From Octopus vulgaris (lineage: Eukaryota), in assembly GCA_951406725.2 (NCBI GenBank), contig OX597825.1, positions 30,814,001 through 30,878,000 on the forward strand: 64,000 nucleotides of DNA, written 5' to 3'. The number at the start of each line of letters is the position of its first letter. Position 1 is the first letter of the stretch. Both the position numbers and the translations under genes were made by a program. The notes beneath the pieces are model-generated. The model was not told where the DNA came from, did not search any database, and saw nothing but the letters and a program-made list of their open reading frames with translations. This document shows positions 26,243-39,319 of this stretch, piece after piece.

Positions 26243-27615
26243 GAGGCTTGGAGATACCATTATGAAATACTGCTAAATGTGGAGTAAGAATGGGAGGAGG
26301 AAAGCCTGCCAAATGTTGACCCAGCTGAGGGACCAGCTACCCAAATCGACAGTATCGGGTAGATAAAGCAATTAAGGATATGAAGATAGGGAAAGCTCCT
26401 GGCCCCTCAGGAATCACCGCTGCGATGCTTAAAATATCTGATGGTGTGGGTTATGGTCTGGTCACCTGTATTGTAAATCAGGTGGTTCATGAAGGAGTCA
26501 TACTCAATGACTGGTGTAATAGCACTATAGTCAACTGCTACAAAGGTAAAGGTGATGCTTTAGATAGAAATAACTACAGGGGTATCAAATTGCTGGATCA
26601 GGTGATGAAGGTCATGGAGGGGGTCATAGCCCAATTAATTAGGGAGAGAGTTTTCCTAGATGAGATACAGTTCGGTTTTGTGCCAGGTAGAAGCACCACT
26701 GATGCTATATTTCTGGTAAGGCAACTGCAGGAGAAATACCTAGCCAAAGATATACCCCTGTACTTAGCTTTTGTTGACATGAAGAAAGCTTTCGACAGGG
26801 TCCTCTGATTCCATATATGGTGGTCAATGCATAGATGAGTGATTGGTAAGAACTGTACAAGCCCTGTATAGGGATGTTGTCAGTAAGGTGAAAGTTGTTA
26901 ATGAGTATAGTAAAGAATTCCGGGTAGAAGTAGGGGTTCACCAAGGATCAGTTCTCAGCCCCCTCTTATTCATCATAGTCCTCCAGGCAATAACAGAGGA
27001 ATTCAAGACAGGATGCCCCTGGGAGCTCCTCTATGCTGATAACCTTGCTCTAATAGCTGAGTCACTTTCAGAACTAGAGATGAAGTTCCAAGTGTGGAAG
27101 CAAGGTCTAGAATCAAAGGGCCTTAGAGTCAATCTAGCAAAAACCAAAATCCTAGTAAGTAGGAAGGCAGACAAATGACAAACCCCTTCAGGTAGATGGC
27201 CCTGCTCAATCTGTAGAAAAGGTATAGGTAGAAACTCCATAAGGTGTACCTGGTGTAAGCTATGGACACATAAGAGGTGCAGCAATATCAAAGGAAGGTT
27301 AACCAGGTGAATAGTTTTTGTATGTGGCAGATGCACAGGGGCAATAAACACCAACAATGTACAAAAAACAGATTCAATCACATGCCGGGGAAAAACTAGA
27401 AGTAGCTGATAGTTTCCGCTACCTAGGGGACCAAGTCAGTAGTGAAGCTGGATGCTTTGAGAGCATAACCACTAGAATAAGAATAACCTGGGCAAAGTTC
27501 ATAAAGCTCCTACCTCTGCTGGTAACAAATTGCCTCTCACTCAGAGGGAAAGGTAGATTGTATAATGCAGTTGTGTGAACAGCCATACTACATGGCAATG
27601 AAACATGGGCCATGA
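26243..27615 (+). pseudogene. RTE-clade LINE ORF2 reverse transcriptase fragment (stops and frameshifts)
   Basis: GKAPGPSG, YKGKGD..DRNNYRGIKLL, QFGFVPGRSTTDAIF, AFVDMKKAFDRV, GVHQGSVLSPLLF, LLYADNL (YADD changed to YADN), LRVNLAKTK, FRYLG. Confidence 0.95.
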
Positions 27616-27619
27616 TTTT

Positions 27620-28105
27620 TGAGGAGTGTAATGGGTGCCTTTATGCACCACTGACACAGGAGTCAGTCAGGTGGCACTGGCATAGGCCACATTCGAATGG
27701 TGATTTTACATGCCACCGGCATGAGTGCCAGTCAGACAGCAGTGATGCCATTCATGCTTGAATGGTACTTTTACATGCCGGTGGCACGGGTGCCGGTCAA
27801 GCAGTACTGGCATTGGCCATGCTCGAATGGTGCTTTTTACATGCCATTCAGGCAGCACTGACATCATACAAGCTCAACTAGTGCATTTTACATACCACAG
27901 GCAAGGTGACAGTCAGGTGTCACTGGCATTGGCCATTCTCAATTGGTGCTTTTTACATGCTAGTCAGGCAGCACTGGCATCAGCCACAACTATGATATCA
28001 CTCAGTTCAACAGGCCTTCACAAGCACAGCATATTGCCCAACGATTGAAGGGTGTTTTTAAATGGGCCAGTTATGTGACACTGGCATCGGCCATGGCTAT
28101 GATCT
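27620..28105 (-). mobile_element. RTE 3' UTR ~60-bp tandem-repeat segment, inverted relative to the adjacent RT
   Basis: Repeated GAATGGTGCTTTTACATGCCA units are the reverse complement of the units at 55345-55560. Confidence 0.65.
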
Positions 28106-28158
28106 AATATGTATGGTAAATGAAAGACGGAAGATGGAATATATGAGAATTCCTATTA

Positions 28159-28264
28159 ATCATGACAATTGTTTTGAAACATCTAGCATCAGTCCCTCAA
28201 GGGTGGGGCACTTATCAACTGGTTCAAGAGCATTCAGTGGTGCAGATGCATCTCATCAGGTGAT
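28159..28264 (-). ncRNA. Degenerate type-I hammerhead motif
   Basis: Minus strand reads AUCAC-CUGAUGA-GAUGCAUCU...AGAUGUUUC-aAAA-CAAUUG-UC-aUGAU. GAAA is changed to AAAA and stem I has one mismatch, both consistent with CpG decay. Confidence 0.55.
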
Positions 28265-28570
28265 AAACAGATGGAACTCATTAAAATAACAGTTCTGCAA
28301 TGTATCTTCTCATTGTGTTTAAAGAAAAACAGCAAAACAAAGGAAATATCTTCATTTATATAGAAGACCAAAAATAAGATCACAGAAGCAAAAAAAGAAA
28401 TGAACACACAATACAGTAAGAAAAGTATTAAAAGTAACCATTTACAGATATGGATGGTGTGTTTACGCAAGCTGGATGGTGTGTGTACACTTGCTCATAC
28501 AAGCATCCACAAAAATGTAAGCATACGCACATGCGAGGTTTGGTGCACTCATGATTGCAAAGCAAGTTAG

Positions 28571-28799
28571 TTTACTCTTACTCTGTTTTTTACTCTTTTA
28601 CTTGTTTCAGTCATTTGGCTGTGGCCATACTGGAGCACCGCCTTTGGTCGAGCAAATTGACCCCAGGACTTATTCTTTGTAAGCCTAGTACTTATTCTAT
28701 CGGTCTCTTATGCTGAACAGCTAAGTTATGGGGACATAAACACACCAGCATCGGTTGTCAAATGATGTTGGGGGAACAAGCACAGACACACAAACGTAT

Positions 28800-28854
<55 letters not shown>

Positions 28855-29009
28855 CAACAGGCTTCTTTCAGTTTCCATCTACTAAATCCACTCACAAGGC
28901 TTTGGTTGGCCTGAGGCTATAGTAGAAGACACTTGCTCAAGGTGCCACCCAGTGGGATTGAACCTGCAACCATGTGGTTCGTGAGCAAGCTACTTACCAC
29001 ACAGCCACA
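28571..29009 (-). mobile_element. SINE family B, full length
   Basis: Reverse complement of 10637-11046. Confidence 0.88.
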
Positions 29010-29178
29010 TCTACCTGGTGTTTATAAGAATGGGGAGTTTAAAAGTAAACTTAAGTAATCCACGCCTTAAAGTAAATTAAGTTAATGCTTACTCAAAATT
29101 CATTCCGACTGCATTGTGCAAAAGCACATTGATATGCATATAGGCATCTTAAGAGTCTTTCAGAAATTCTTTTAAAGA

Positions 29179-29362
29179 TCCACAGAATAGACAGGTCCAC
29201 AAAATAGACATTGGTCCACAGAATAGACATTGGTCCACAGAATAGATATTGGTCCACAGAATAGACATTGGTCCACAGAATAGATATTGGTCTACAGAAT
29301 ACACATTGGTCCACAGAATAGACATTGGTCCACAGAATAGACATTGGTCCACAGAATAGACA
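29179..29362. repeat. 19-bp minisatellite, ~10 copies (GACATTGGTCCACAGAATA)
   Basis: CCACAGAATAG recurs at 19-bp intervals with few substitutions. Confidence 0.95.
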
Positions 29363-29364
29363 GG

Positions 29365-29640
29365 GATTCCTAGGAGCAGAGTTGACATCTTCGAGAAATG
29401 GTTTCACGTGCCTTACTATGGACCGAGTTATGTTATACTTAATTTTATTTTCCTTCAGTTGCCACACAAAATCAGCCAAAAATGCTGAAGGTCTCTTATC
29501 GATTCTCTTGAAGCTGGCAACATGGTTGCGATAACAATTCTTAAATGAACCAGATGTCTCTCCAATGTAAACATACAGCCCTCCCTTGTGTGCACGGTAC
29601 ATTTATATAGAAGACTTGTACTCACATAGAGCTTCATCAA
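29365..29640 (-). pseudogene. Penelope-like element GIY-YIG endonuclease fragment
   Basis: VYIGETSGSFKNCYRNHVASFK...FLADFVWQLKENKIKYNITRSIV matches the PLE pattern YIGxT..FKxRyxNHxxSF...LSxYIWxLK...YxIxWxI. Confidence 0.75.
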
Positions 29641-29825
29641 TAGGAATTTTGATTATTCTCTGCATGAGTATTTATCATATTTATTTGTATATATATGGCA
29701 GTTCTGACTTCATTTTCCGATGTTGTTACCACTGTGTTAGCTATAACAAAAGCATTTCCGCTATTACAATTATATATATATATATATATATATATAGATA
29801 GATAGATAGATATATAGATATATAT

Positions 29826-29874
<49 letters not shown>

Positions 29875-29973
29875 CATATATATATAATTGTAATAGCGGA
29901 AATGCTTATGTTATAGCTAACACGGTAACAACGTTGGAAAATATATATATATATACACATATATATATATATA

Positions 29974-30015
<42 letters not shown>

Positions 30016-30016
<1 letters not shown>

Positions 30017-30411
30017 CCTTATATATAAAAGTGAGGTTGTGTGCTGTCTGTCTCCTACGATTTAGATTCCTAACTACTCCCACATTTTGCGGTGCAGTTT
30101 AACCCAAACCAGGTATCTTATAGTCGTGATTCATATCGAGCCCTTCTGGGTATTAGCGCGCGTCTACGATGAGTCTACGATTTTTAAAAAAATTTACCAT
30201 CAATTTTTCCCATTTTTAATGCATTTTTGGCATATATAAGGGAAGTAACTCTCTAAAAATTTATTATTAAATCTCAGAACGTAAAAAGCTACAGTAACCC
30301 CCCACCTTTGTGGTTAACCATATTGAGACGGCTATTATACTTTACATCTCTAAAAATGCTTATATAGTTATTTCCCTTACAAACCCGAGCAACGCCGGGC
30401 GATACTGCTAG
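30016..30411 (+). mobile_element. Non-autonomous Helitron, family H1
   Basis: A|TC 5' end, 3' hairpin CCCG-AGCAACGC-CGGG (30384-30399), CTAG|T 3' end and no TSD. A second copy is at 42135. Confidence 0.85.
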
Positions 30412-30583
<172 letters not shown>

Positions 30584-31163
30584 TTCTTTAGGTCTCTTCA
30601 TGCTAGATAAGTACTTCTGGAAGCTAAGTTAATGACATAACTTTATTAGTGACTGCCTTCTTGGGTTGTAACCCTATTTCAGTCTTTCTGACTTCCTCAA
30701 AACTAGTAAATTGAATTTATATCAGAGCTGAATGTAAAAGGATAAATAATGAAAGAAAAGAAGAGAGGAAGAAATAGCAAAGAGGGAACAGAAGGGGAAA
30801 GATAGAGGCACTGTTTTGGAGGAGAGGATGAACAAAGAAGACGATGAAGGAAAAGAAGGAGAAAAAGTAAGAGGATCAGTGTGAAGGCTATACTAACAGA
30901 ATTGATAATGCTGAAGTAGTTGCTTAGAAATTGGACTTAGAGGTGTGGCCTGAACTGGAATTTAAGTTTGACCAGAGGTTAAGATGTCTTCTAAAAGGGA
31001 ACGAGTGGACAATGCATTGATAGTTTGCTACATTAAGGATTAAGGAGGAAAATTTGAAAATATAAGGAAAATAATGAAGAGAATAATGGAATGATAGATT
31101 CTGTGAGAAAAAGAATAAGGAAGTTGAAAAGATATGATTATTACCTTTTTATAAGAATCAAGT

Positions 31164-31564
31164 TTTTTTTTGTTCTTTTTAGGAGCACTCCGTCGGTTAC
31201 GACGACGAGGGTTCCGGTTGATCCGAATCAACGGAACAGCCTGCTCGTGAAATTAACGTGTAAGTGGCTGAGCACTCCACAGACACGTGCACCCTTAACG
31301 TAGTTCTCGGGGATATTCAGCGTGACACAGAGAGTGACAAGGCCGGCCCTTTGAAATACAGGTACAACAGAAACAGGAAGTAAGAGTGAGAGAAAGGTGT
31401 GGTGAAAGAGTACAGCAGGGATCACCACCATCCCCTGCCGGAGCCTCGTGGAGCTTTAGGTGTTTTTGCTCAATAAACACTCACAACGCCCGGTCTGGGA
31501 ATCGAAACCGCAATCCTATGACCGCGAGACCGCTGCCATAATCACTGGGCCATTGACCCTCCAC
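31164..31564 (-). mobile_element. tRNA(Arg)-like-head SINE (head 1, tail E), CpG-rich, 13-bp TSD
   Basis: TSD ATAAGAATCAAGT at 31151-31163 and 31565-31577. The minus strand has TGGCCCAGTG (A box) and GGTTTCGATTCC (B box). Confidence 0.9.
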
Positions 31565-33626
31565 ATAAGAATCAAGTATTGTAATAATGAATTTAACTAA
31601 TTGGTAGGAATATTGAGATTTGGTGGAGTTCGGGAATTTTTGATACATCGACTAAAGTATTGATTTGTTAAATTCATTCATTATTCTTCATTTATTCTAA
31701 TCCTTTCCAAAGTTATTTGAATTAACTCAGAATATAATTTAATCATAGTGACTTCTTTTTTTTTTTTCTGCTTTGTTCTTAGTCTTCAACTTTCGTTTAT
31801 CATTTCTGAAATTTGAATAAATATAGTCTTTTAAGAGGCATGGTGAGGGAGTACCAAGTAGAAAACAAATTATCTGACAACCTAGGGAACTAGAAATAAA
31901 GGAATGAGGAAGTAGGGGATTGGAAAGGAAGCCAATTGATATCACACCCGATATTGTGTGGGCTGGGTTTCCTGGTTACAAACCCCTAATATATAATTGA
32001 CTAATAAACATTTATGGTATGCAAATTAGTCGCTCCAGTTCTCTGAAGCTACTAGATATGTATATATATAAGGATTGGTTACTTGTTTTTCTAGAATTGA
32101 TCAAATGATGTAGACACCTCTGATGAGGCACCAATAAGGGTCGAAAATTAACGAAGGCTGTTCATTAGTTTTTTTCTTCTTTTTCAGTCAATGGAAGAAT
32201 AAGAAAATTTGATATGTTTCTATGTCTGCCATGTAAGTTTACATATATTACATTATATTAAGTGTTACATGTATTATATTATTCTAAGTGTATGAACTAT
32301 AAATAATGGCGTATTCCTACATACACACATGAATTCCTTAATTCTTTTACTCAATTCATTCATTCCTTTACTGTAGATCCCATCATGACTAATGTCAATA
32401 ACTGAAACAAGTGAAAGAATAAGAGAATAACAAACCCCACCTGTCTGTATTCAAACATATCTAGAAAATTATCACATAGGTGTATACATAGATGTAAGTA
32501 TATACGTACAAAGTGTTTTGCACACACACAAGTACACACAGGCATTTGTATATTTGTATAGTTGTAGGAATGGCTGTGTGCTTGAGAAGTCTGCTTCCCA
32601 GCCACGTGGTTTCAGGTTCAATCCTGTTGTGCAGCATCGTGGGTGAAGTGTTTTCAGCTGTAGCTTCAGGCCAACCAGTGCCCTGAGAGCGAATTCAGCT
32701 GAAGCTCATAATATATGCATGTGTGTGTGTGTGTGCGTGTGTGTGTATGTGTGTGTGCAGAATTGCACCTAAAGACTTATGGACTTACTTCTACAAGATC
32801 AGAAAGTGTGTGTGTGTGTGTGTGTGATAGCTATAAACAACATGCATTGCAATCAGTTCTCATTTCCACTCTTCTGTGAGAACATGTTTGATTACAAGGA
32901 AATAAAACCTTACTTGGAAACAGGTGAGGCTTGGCAACAGAAAGGGCATATGGCCATATTGAAATCTGCTTCAACATCTTCTGTCTGACCCATGCAAGCA
33001 TTGGGAAGTGGACATTAAAATGATGATGAAAAGTAGGAAGATAGTAATGATGATGATGACAATGACGATGATGATGACAACTACAATGATGACAACACCA
33101 ACAACAATGATAATGATGATGATAATTTTATTAGTGAATTCTTATTTGTACAGAGATATTTATATAAAATTCTTTCAAAATCAATGCTGATAGAAGTAAC
33201 CTAAAATATTGTTTACTGCAAAAAACATTTCCAAAAATATTTTTCTAAATGTTTCTCCTTTTTAACCTAATGTTGTAATATACAATAATATATCATAATA
33301 CATCATAATATATTTCTTGATCCCTTGTTCTATATATTAATCTTCTTCTGTTTTTTGCTTTTTTTTTTAAATATAATGCTCTATTTGTTTTTCACTTCTC
33401 TTCCATAAATAGATACATCCATAACTGAAAAGGGAAAAAAAACATACCAAAAACTAGAGAATATAAATAAAGTAATAAATGGAACAGCAAATCCACCAAC
33501 TGATAAATAAAGAATGAAAGAGCAAAAACCAGAGGTTCATAACTCTTGAACATGGTTGATGTGTTTGATGGGTGTATATGTGTGTGTGCGTGTGTGTGTG
33601 TGCGTACATGTATATATGTACATATA

Positions 33627-33741
<115 letters not shown>

Positions 33742-33790
33742 ATATATATGTAGATATACATATATGTAGATATATGTATATATGTAGATA

Positions 33791-34153
33791 TCTCTATATA
33801 TATAAATGGCAAAATGTCTGTGTGTGTGTCCTTTATACAAATCCACAATTTTTTAGTTAGAGAGCTCGCACTTTCTATGGTCATTCAAAATCGTTCAAGG
33901 ATGGTCGTGTACATCTTTACATTTCCCCAGTCACCTTGCAAAGCCATTAAAAATTCAATAGAAGTGACTTTTTGTGAATTTTCTATCCAAAACCCAATAA
34001 AAATGCCCGGAACTTGATACACCAATTGAATGCCAGCTAGCTGTATGTGATTGGTCAGATATTTGGACAGTACTCACGTGTATGTGCACACACACGCAGC
34101 TGTATATGCATGTACTAGCAGTATGATCCAGCGTTGCCGGGTCATAGTGCTAG
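33791..34153 (+). mobile_element. Non-autonomous Helitron, family H2
   Basis: A|TCTCTATATATATAAA 5' end, 3' hairpin GATCCAGC-GTT-GCCGGGTC (34125-34143), then GTGCTAG|T, all within a TA tract. Confidence 0.75.
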
Positions 34154-34167
34154 TATATGTATATATA

Positions 34168-34220
<53 letters not shown>

Positions 34221-34633
34221 ATATATATATATGTGTGTGTATATATATATGTATATATGTATATAATGTATATATATGTATATAATGTATATATATGTAT
34301 ATAATGTATATATATGGGAAATAGCACCAGGTGGTGCTATTAAGTTAGACATGGCCTGGGCCAATAATGGCCGAAACCTATCAAAGTATCAAAGTATCAA
34401 AGTATGTGTGTGTGTGTACATGTGTGAGGAAGAAATGATGTTTACCCTATCAGGAATTTAACCTACTTGGATTTATGCAGAATTGCACCTGTCCTTATTT
34501 CTACAAGATCAGAAAGTTGAACTGTGAACTTTTATCCTTCATTTTACTTCTCTATCTTCATCTCTCTATTCCTTTATTCCTGTCCTCTGTGTCATCATTT
34601 CATTAATCTATACCCTTCTCATTTTCCCTATTT

Positions 34634-34690
34634 GTTTCTGATGACAGATATATCCCATACTCTGGGATATCTCAGAAACAGCTGTAAGAC
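34634..34690 (+). ncRNA. Type-I hammerhead ribozyme motif
   Basis: GUUU-CUGAUGA-cagau-AUAUCCCA-uacuc-UGGGAUAU-cuca-GAAA-CAGCUG-UA-AGAC. The core is intact, helix III is palindromic and the base of stem II is imperfect. Confidence 0.7.
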
Positions 34691-35389
34691 CTTGAATTTT
34701 TTTCCAATAATAATAATGCATACGACTTGAGATGTTTGCCTTGCCTTAACGTTTGTTGTCCTCTTTAACAATTATATAAATATATAAATGCATAAATGTA
34801 TATAGATTATACATACATACATATATTTTTTTCACACACACATACTCACACATACACTCATATATATATATAAATAGCATCATTATATATACTTCATTTG
34901 TTGTTTTCTCTTTTTTATTAAATTTATTTGTTGTTTTTTAATTATTACACAAAGCTTGTCATTATTTCTGGCATAACAACAACAACAAACATTAAAAAAA
35001 ACACAAGGCCTCAAATATAACCACCTCCTACTCCACCACCATCATCCTAACAAATTCTTTTCCCCCTGGCATGCTCTATCCTTTCTTAATGCTATCAGGA
35101 AATTTACTGCAACATTTATTGAGTAAACATACAACTTTCAACTCCAGGGATACAATTTTTGCTATTTTTCTCTCTATTCTGTTGTGCTACCTTTTTTTTT
35201 TAATTTCTTTATTTTGTTTTGTTTTGTTTCAATACAGATTTTCAATTTTGCTCATTAATACAACCAAATTGAATAGATATATTATATTGTTATGTTAATG
35301 TTGATTAATAATGTTAAGTAAATTGATTAAAATGAAGCTAAATGCATTCAGAATTGTGTATGATTAATTTTGCATTTTCTTTCAAATAA

Positions 35390-35431
35390 CAATGGCTACA
35401 TACATACATACACATACATATATATGCATGA

Positions 35432-35466
<35 letters not shown>

Positions 35467-35715
35467 TGCATACCACACAAATAGACAATAAGATATATAC
35501 ATATATGTTTGCATGTATACATATAAACTTTAAGGGTTATACATAATACGTATACACACACATACACACTCATACATGCATGTTTGCATGCATAGGCACA
35601 TGCACACACATATTTATACATATCTATATCTATTTATATATATATATATATATATACATATATATATGTACAAATAAACATCAAGGAATATATACATGTA
35701 TACTCGCACACACAC

Positions 35716-35750
<35 letters not shown>

Positions 35751-35754
35751 CATT

Positions 35755-35799
<45 letters not shown>

Positions 35800-35830
35800 A
35801 TGTGTATATATATATATATATATGTCTGTG

Positions 35831-35869
<39 letters not shown>

Positions 35870-36593
35870 GCGTATGTATATATATACATATATATATGTC
35901 TGTTTATGTGTATATATATATATATATATATATTTGTGCATGTGCGTGTGCACATGTATATGCTTTGAAGCAATGCAGCATGACAATATACTTAATATTA
36001 TACCACTACAATACACTGGATTGTTCTATGAGAAATTCATATTGTTGCTTTTCAAAGGGGTGTTTCAGTACAGCAAATAACAACAAACAAGACACAGCCC
36101 ATTCAAATAATTATAATACCATTTACTTCCTCCCACCATATCCACCCCCACCACAATTGTTAATCACCACTACCACCACCACCACCATCACCACTATCAT
36201 TATTAATTATACTTATTATAGAGCTTATTGTTTCTTTGCTGTTTCTTGATCTTTTTACACGTTTTCTTTGTTATTTCGATGCTGTAATAACATCCTAAAT
36301 AGTCAAGATATCAATTCTTTTCTTGTTCATGTAGTTGTTGTTGTTGTTGTTGTTGCTGCTGTAGTTCTTGCCATTGATATTGTTGTTGTTGTTGTTGTTG
36401 TTGGTTTGTTACCATTGTTTATTGTATTCTATAGAAGAATTTTAAATGGATTTCAAAATAGCTCTTTTTACCCATTTATTAAAACTGGATGAATATACTT
36501 TGTAATAATAATAATGTCCTGGACAAGCTGATAAAACTTAGTTTAAAATATTTTGAAAGATATACATACATACATACATACATACATACAAAC

Positions 36594-36636
<43 letters not shown>

Positions 36637-36759
36637 CACACGCACACACACACATATATATATATATATATACATATACACACACACACATACACATATA
36701 TGAATTGTTTCACTCATGCCAGCATGGAAGGTTAATCGATGATGATGATGACGATGATG

Positions 36760-36791
<32 letters not shown>

Positions 36792-36950
36792 AATGATGAT
36801 GAATGTATATATATAAATTCATATCATCACCATCATCATCATTGTCCTTTAAAACATACAGTAAAGTATGATGACTGATATATATACATATATATGTATG
36901 TGTGTGTATACATATATGTATATATATATATATGTGTGTATATATATATA

Positions 36951-36989
<39 letters not shown>

Positions 36990-37116
36990 TTGTGTGTATA
37001 TATATATATACACACACATACATACATATATATGTATATATATATTTGAAAGAATGAGTAGAGATGACATTTTTGAGGGGATAATTTTTATTTTAATCTT
37101 AATAATATATGTGTGC

Positions 37117-37215
<99 letters not shown>

Positions 37216-37250
37216 TACACACACACACATATATATATATACATATGTAT
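35390..37250. repeat. Cluster of compound TA/CA/TG and GAT/GTT microsatellites
   Basis: Seen directly, with short unique spacers between tracts. Confidence 0.9.
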
Positions 37251-37544
37251 ACAAAGACGATGACAATAATGATGAATGATAGTGCACTTGATAAGATGCA
37301 TTACAGTTCATATTTAGCTTTGTTCGTTAGTGTTCTAACTTCAAATTCTATAATGATGATAAAATGACTAGTATTGTCCATATGCTATTCGGGATTCATT
37401 TCAATTTTCCTGCCTTCATCATGGCTCATCATCATAGTTTTAACGTCTACTTTGCCATGCCTGCATGGATTAGACAGAATTTGTTGAGTCAGATTTTCTA
37501 CAGCCAGATGCCCTTCCTCTTGTTAACCCTCACCTGCTTATTTC

Positions 37545-37740
37545 TTTATTGCCCACGAGGGGCTAAACATAGAGAGAACAAACAAGCACAGACAAAGGGA
37601 TTAAGTCGATTACATCGACCCCAGTGTGTAACTGGTACTTATTTAATCGACCCCGAAAGGATGAAAGGCTAAGTTGACCTCGACCGGATTTGAACTCAGA
37701 ACATAGCAGCAGACATTCTAATGTTTCTGCCAGCTCGCCC
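37545..37740 (-). mobile_element. SINE family A nested in an RTE-tail-type module
   Basis: Reverse complement of the family A body and head. Flanked by CCCTCACCTGCTT at ~37526 and ~37738. Confidence 0.75.
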
Positions 37741-38814
37741 TCACCTGCTTTTTAGCAAAGTAGTATTTATTTCCCGTGGTCAAACATGTTTTTTGCAGAA
37801 TATTAGAAATAAATGACATTGATTTTGTATGACAGTAACGTTAATAATAACTATTAGGAACTTTCAAGAAAAGGAAACGCAAATACTCACACACACATAT
37901 GCACATGCACACACACAAACACTCACACACATATGCGTGCACACGCACACACACTTACACACACACACACACATTTATATACAAAGGAACAGCACCAACT
38001 TTTCAGCCATCAATTATCTAGAATCTGTTAGAATTCACACAAATATCATCAGATACATTTTTACAGAAAATTGGCAATAAAGGAACTGATTGCATAACAG
38101 AGACACTTGTTTACAACTATTAGATGCCATCAAGACAGGGAGAAACACACACACAAATATATATACATGCATATATCTATATCTACCTATAAATATATAA
38201 ATGAGCATGTGTGTGTATGTGTGTGTGCGTAGATAGCTGAATGTAAGTCACTGCTTGGCATAGATCAAATGGCTACCTAGTGCTTTTGCAGACATAAACT
38301 GTCTTCTCCTCATTGCATACAAATTGTGTTGGGGGGGTCATCTTTACCTTGTTATCTCCCCTACTTTCCTCCTTGTGTTTCACCCTTCTGTCTGGTACTA
38401 GTCGCCATGATAGATCATTAGCCACTACACACATTTTTTTCTCTCCTTGTTTTTTCTGTGTCCCTTAAAAGACTTTTTCTATTCCTGAGCATTATACTAA
38501 TACATCTGTTTGTTTTGTACACCACCTGTCTTCGTCTTTTGTTTTTTTCGTAAACTCTCCCTATATATGCATGCATATATTTTATTTATTACATTATTGT
38601 CTGACAGTGCGTTCGCGTCAGGGTCGATTCGATTCATCGTTTCGTCCCACTTCCCTTCTTCCCAGTTTTGTTATATATATATGTATATATATATATATAT
38701 ATATATTAAATATAAGCAACAAAAAGCAGTATTGGTTAAGAATAGCATTCTGTATATTTTACTTAATGTGGAAATACTATCAAAAGACACAAAACTGCAG
38801 CATTCATCTCATCA

Positions 38815-39212
38815 CCATCATCATTTAACATCTGCCTTCCATACTGGCACAGGTTACACAGCTTGACTGGAACTAGCAAGCCAGAGAGCTGCAACAGGAT
38901 CCAGTCTAGCTTTGGCTTAGTTTCTACAGCTGAACGCCCTTCCCAATGCCAACCACTCTAAGAGTGTAACAGATGCTTTTTACTGGCGTGGATGTTGTTA
39001 TGTGCCATAAGCACTGGGCGCAATTATGATTTCACTTCACTTGACAAGTCATCTCAAGCCCAGCAAATCACCAAAGGTCGCAATCACTTGTCATTGCCAC
39101 CATGAGACCTCATATTCAAAGGTCATAATTCACCACCTTGTCCCATGTTTTCCTGAGTTTACCTCTTCAACAGGTTCCCTCCACAGTTAGTAATCTGCAC
39201 TCCTTTATGCAT
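38815..39212 (-). mobile_element. RTE LINE 3' fragment
   Basis: Reverse complement of 19210-19410 (ORF end) plus the tail module. Confidence 0.7.
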
Positions 39213-39257
39213 ATATCTATGTATGTATGTATGTATGTATGTATGTATGTATGTATG

Positions 39258-39304
<47 letters not shown>

Positions 39305-39319
39305 ATATATATATATATA

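Noticed and set aside
29179-29362. CRISPR-like appearance of the 19-bp repeats
   Set aside because: The units abut with no unique spacers, the context is eukaryotic and there are no cas genes.
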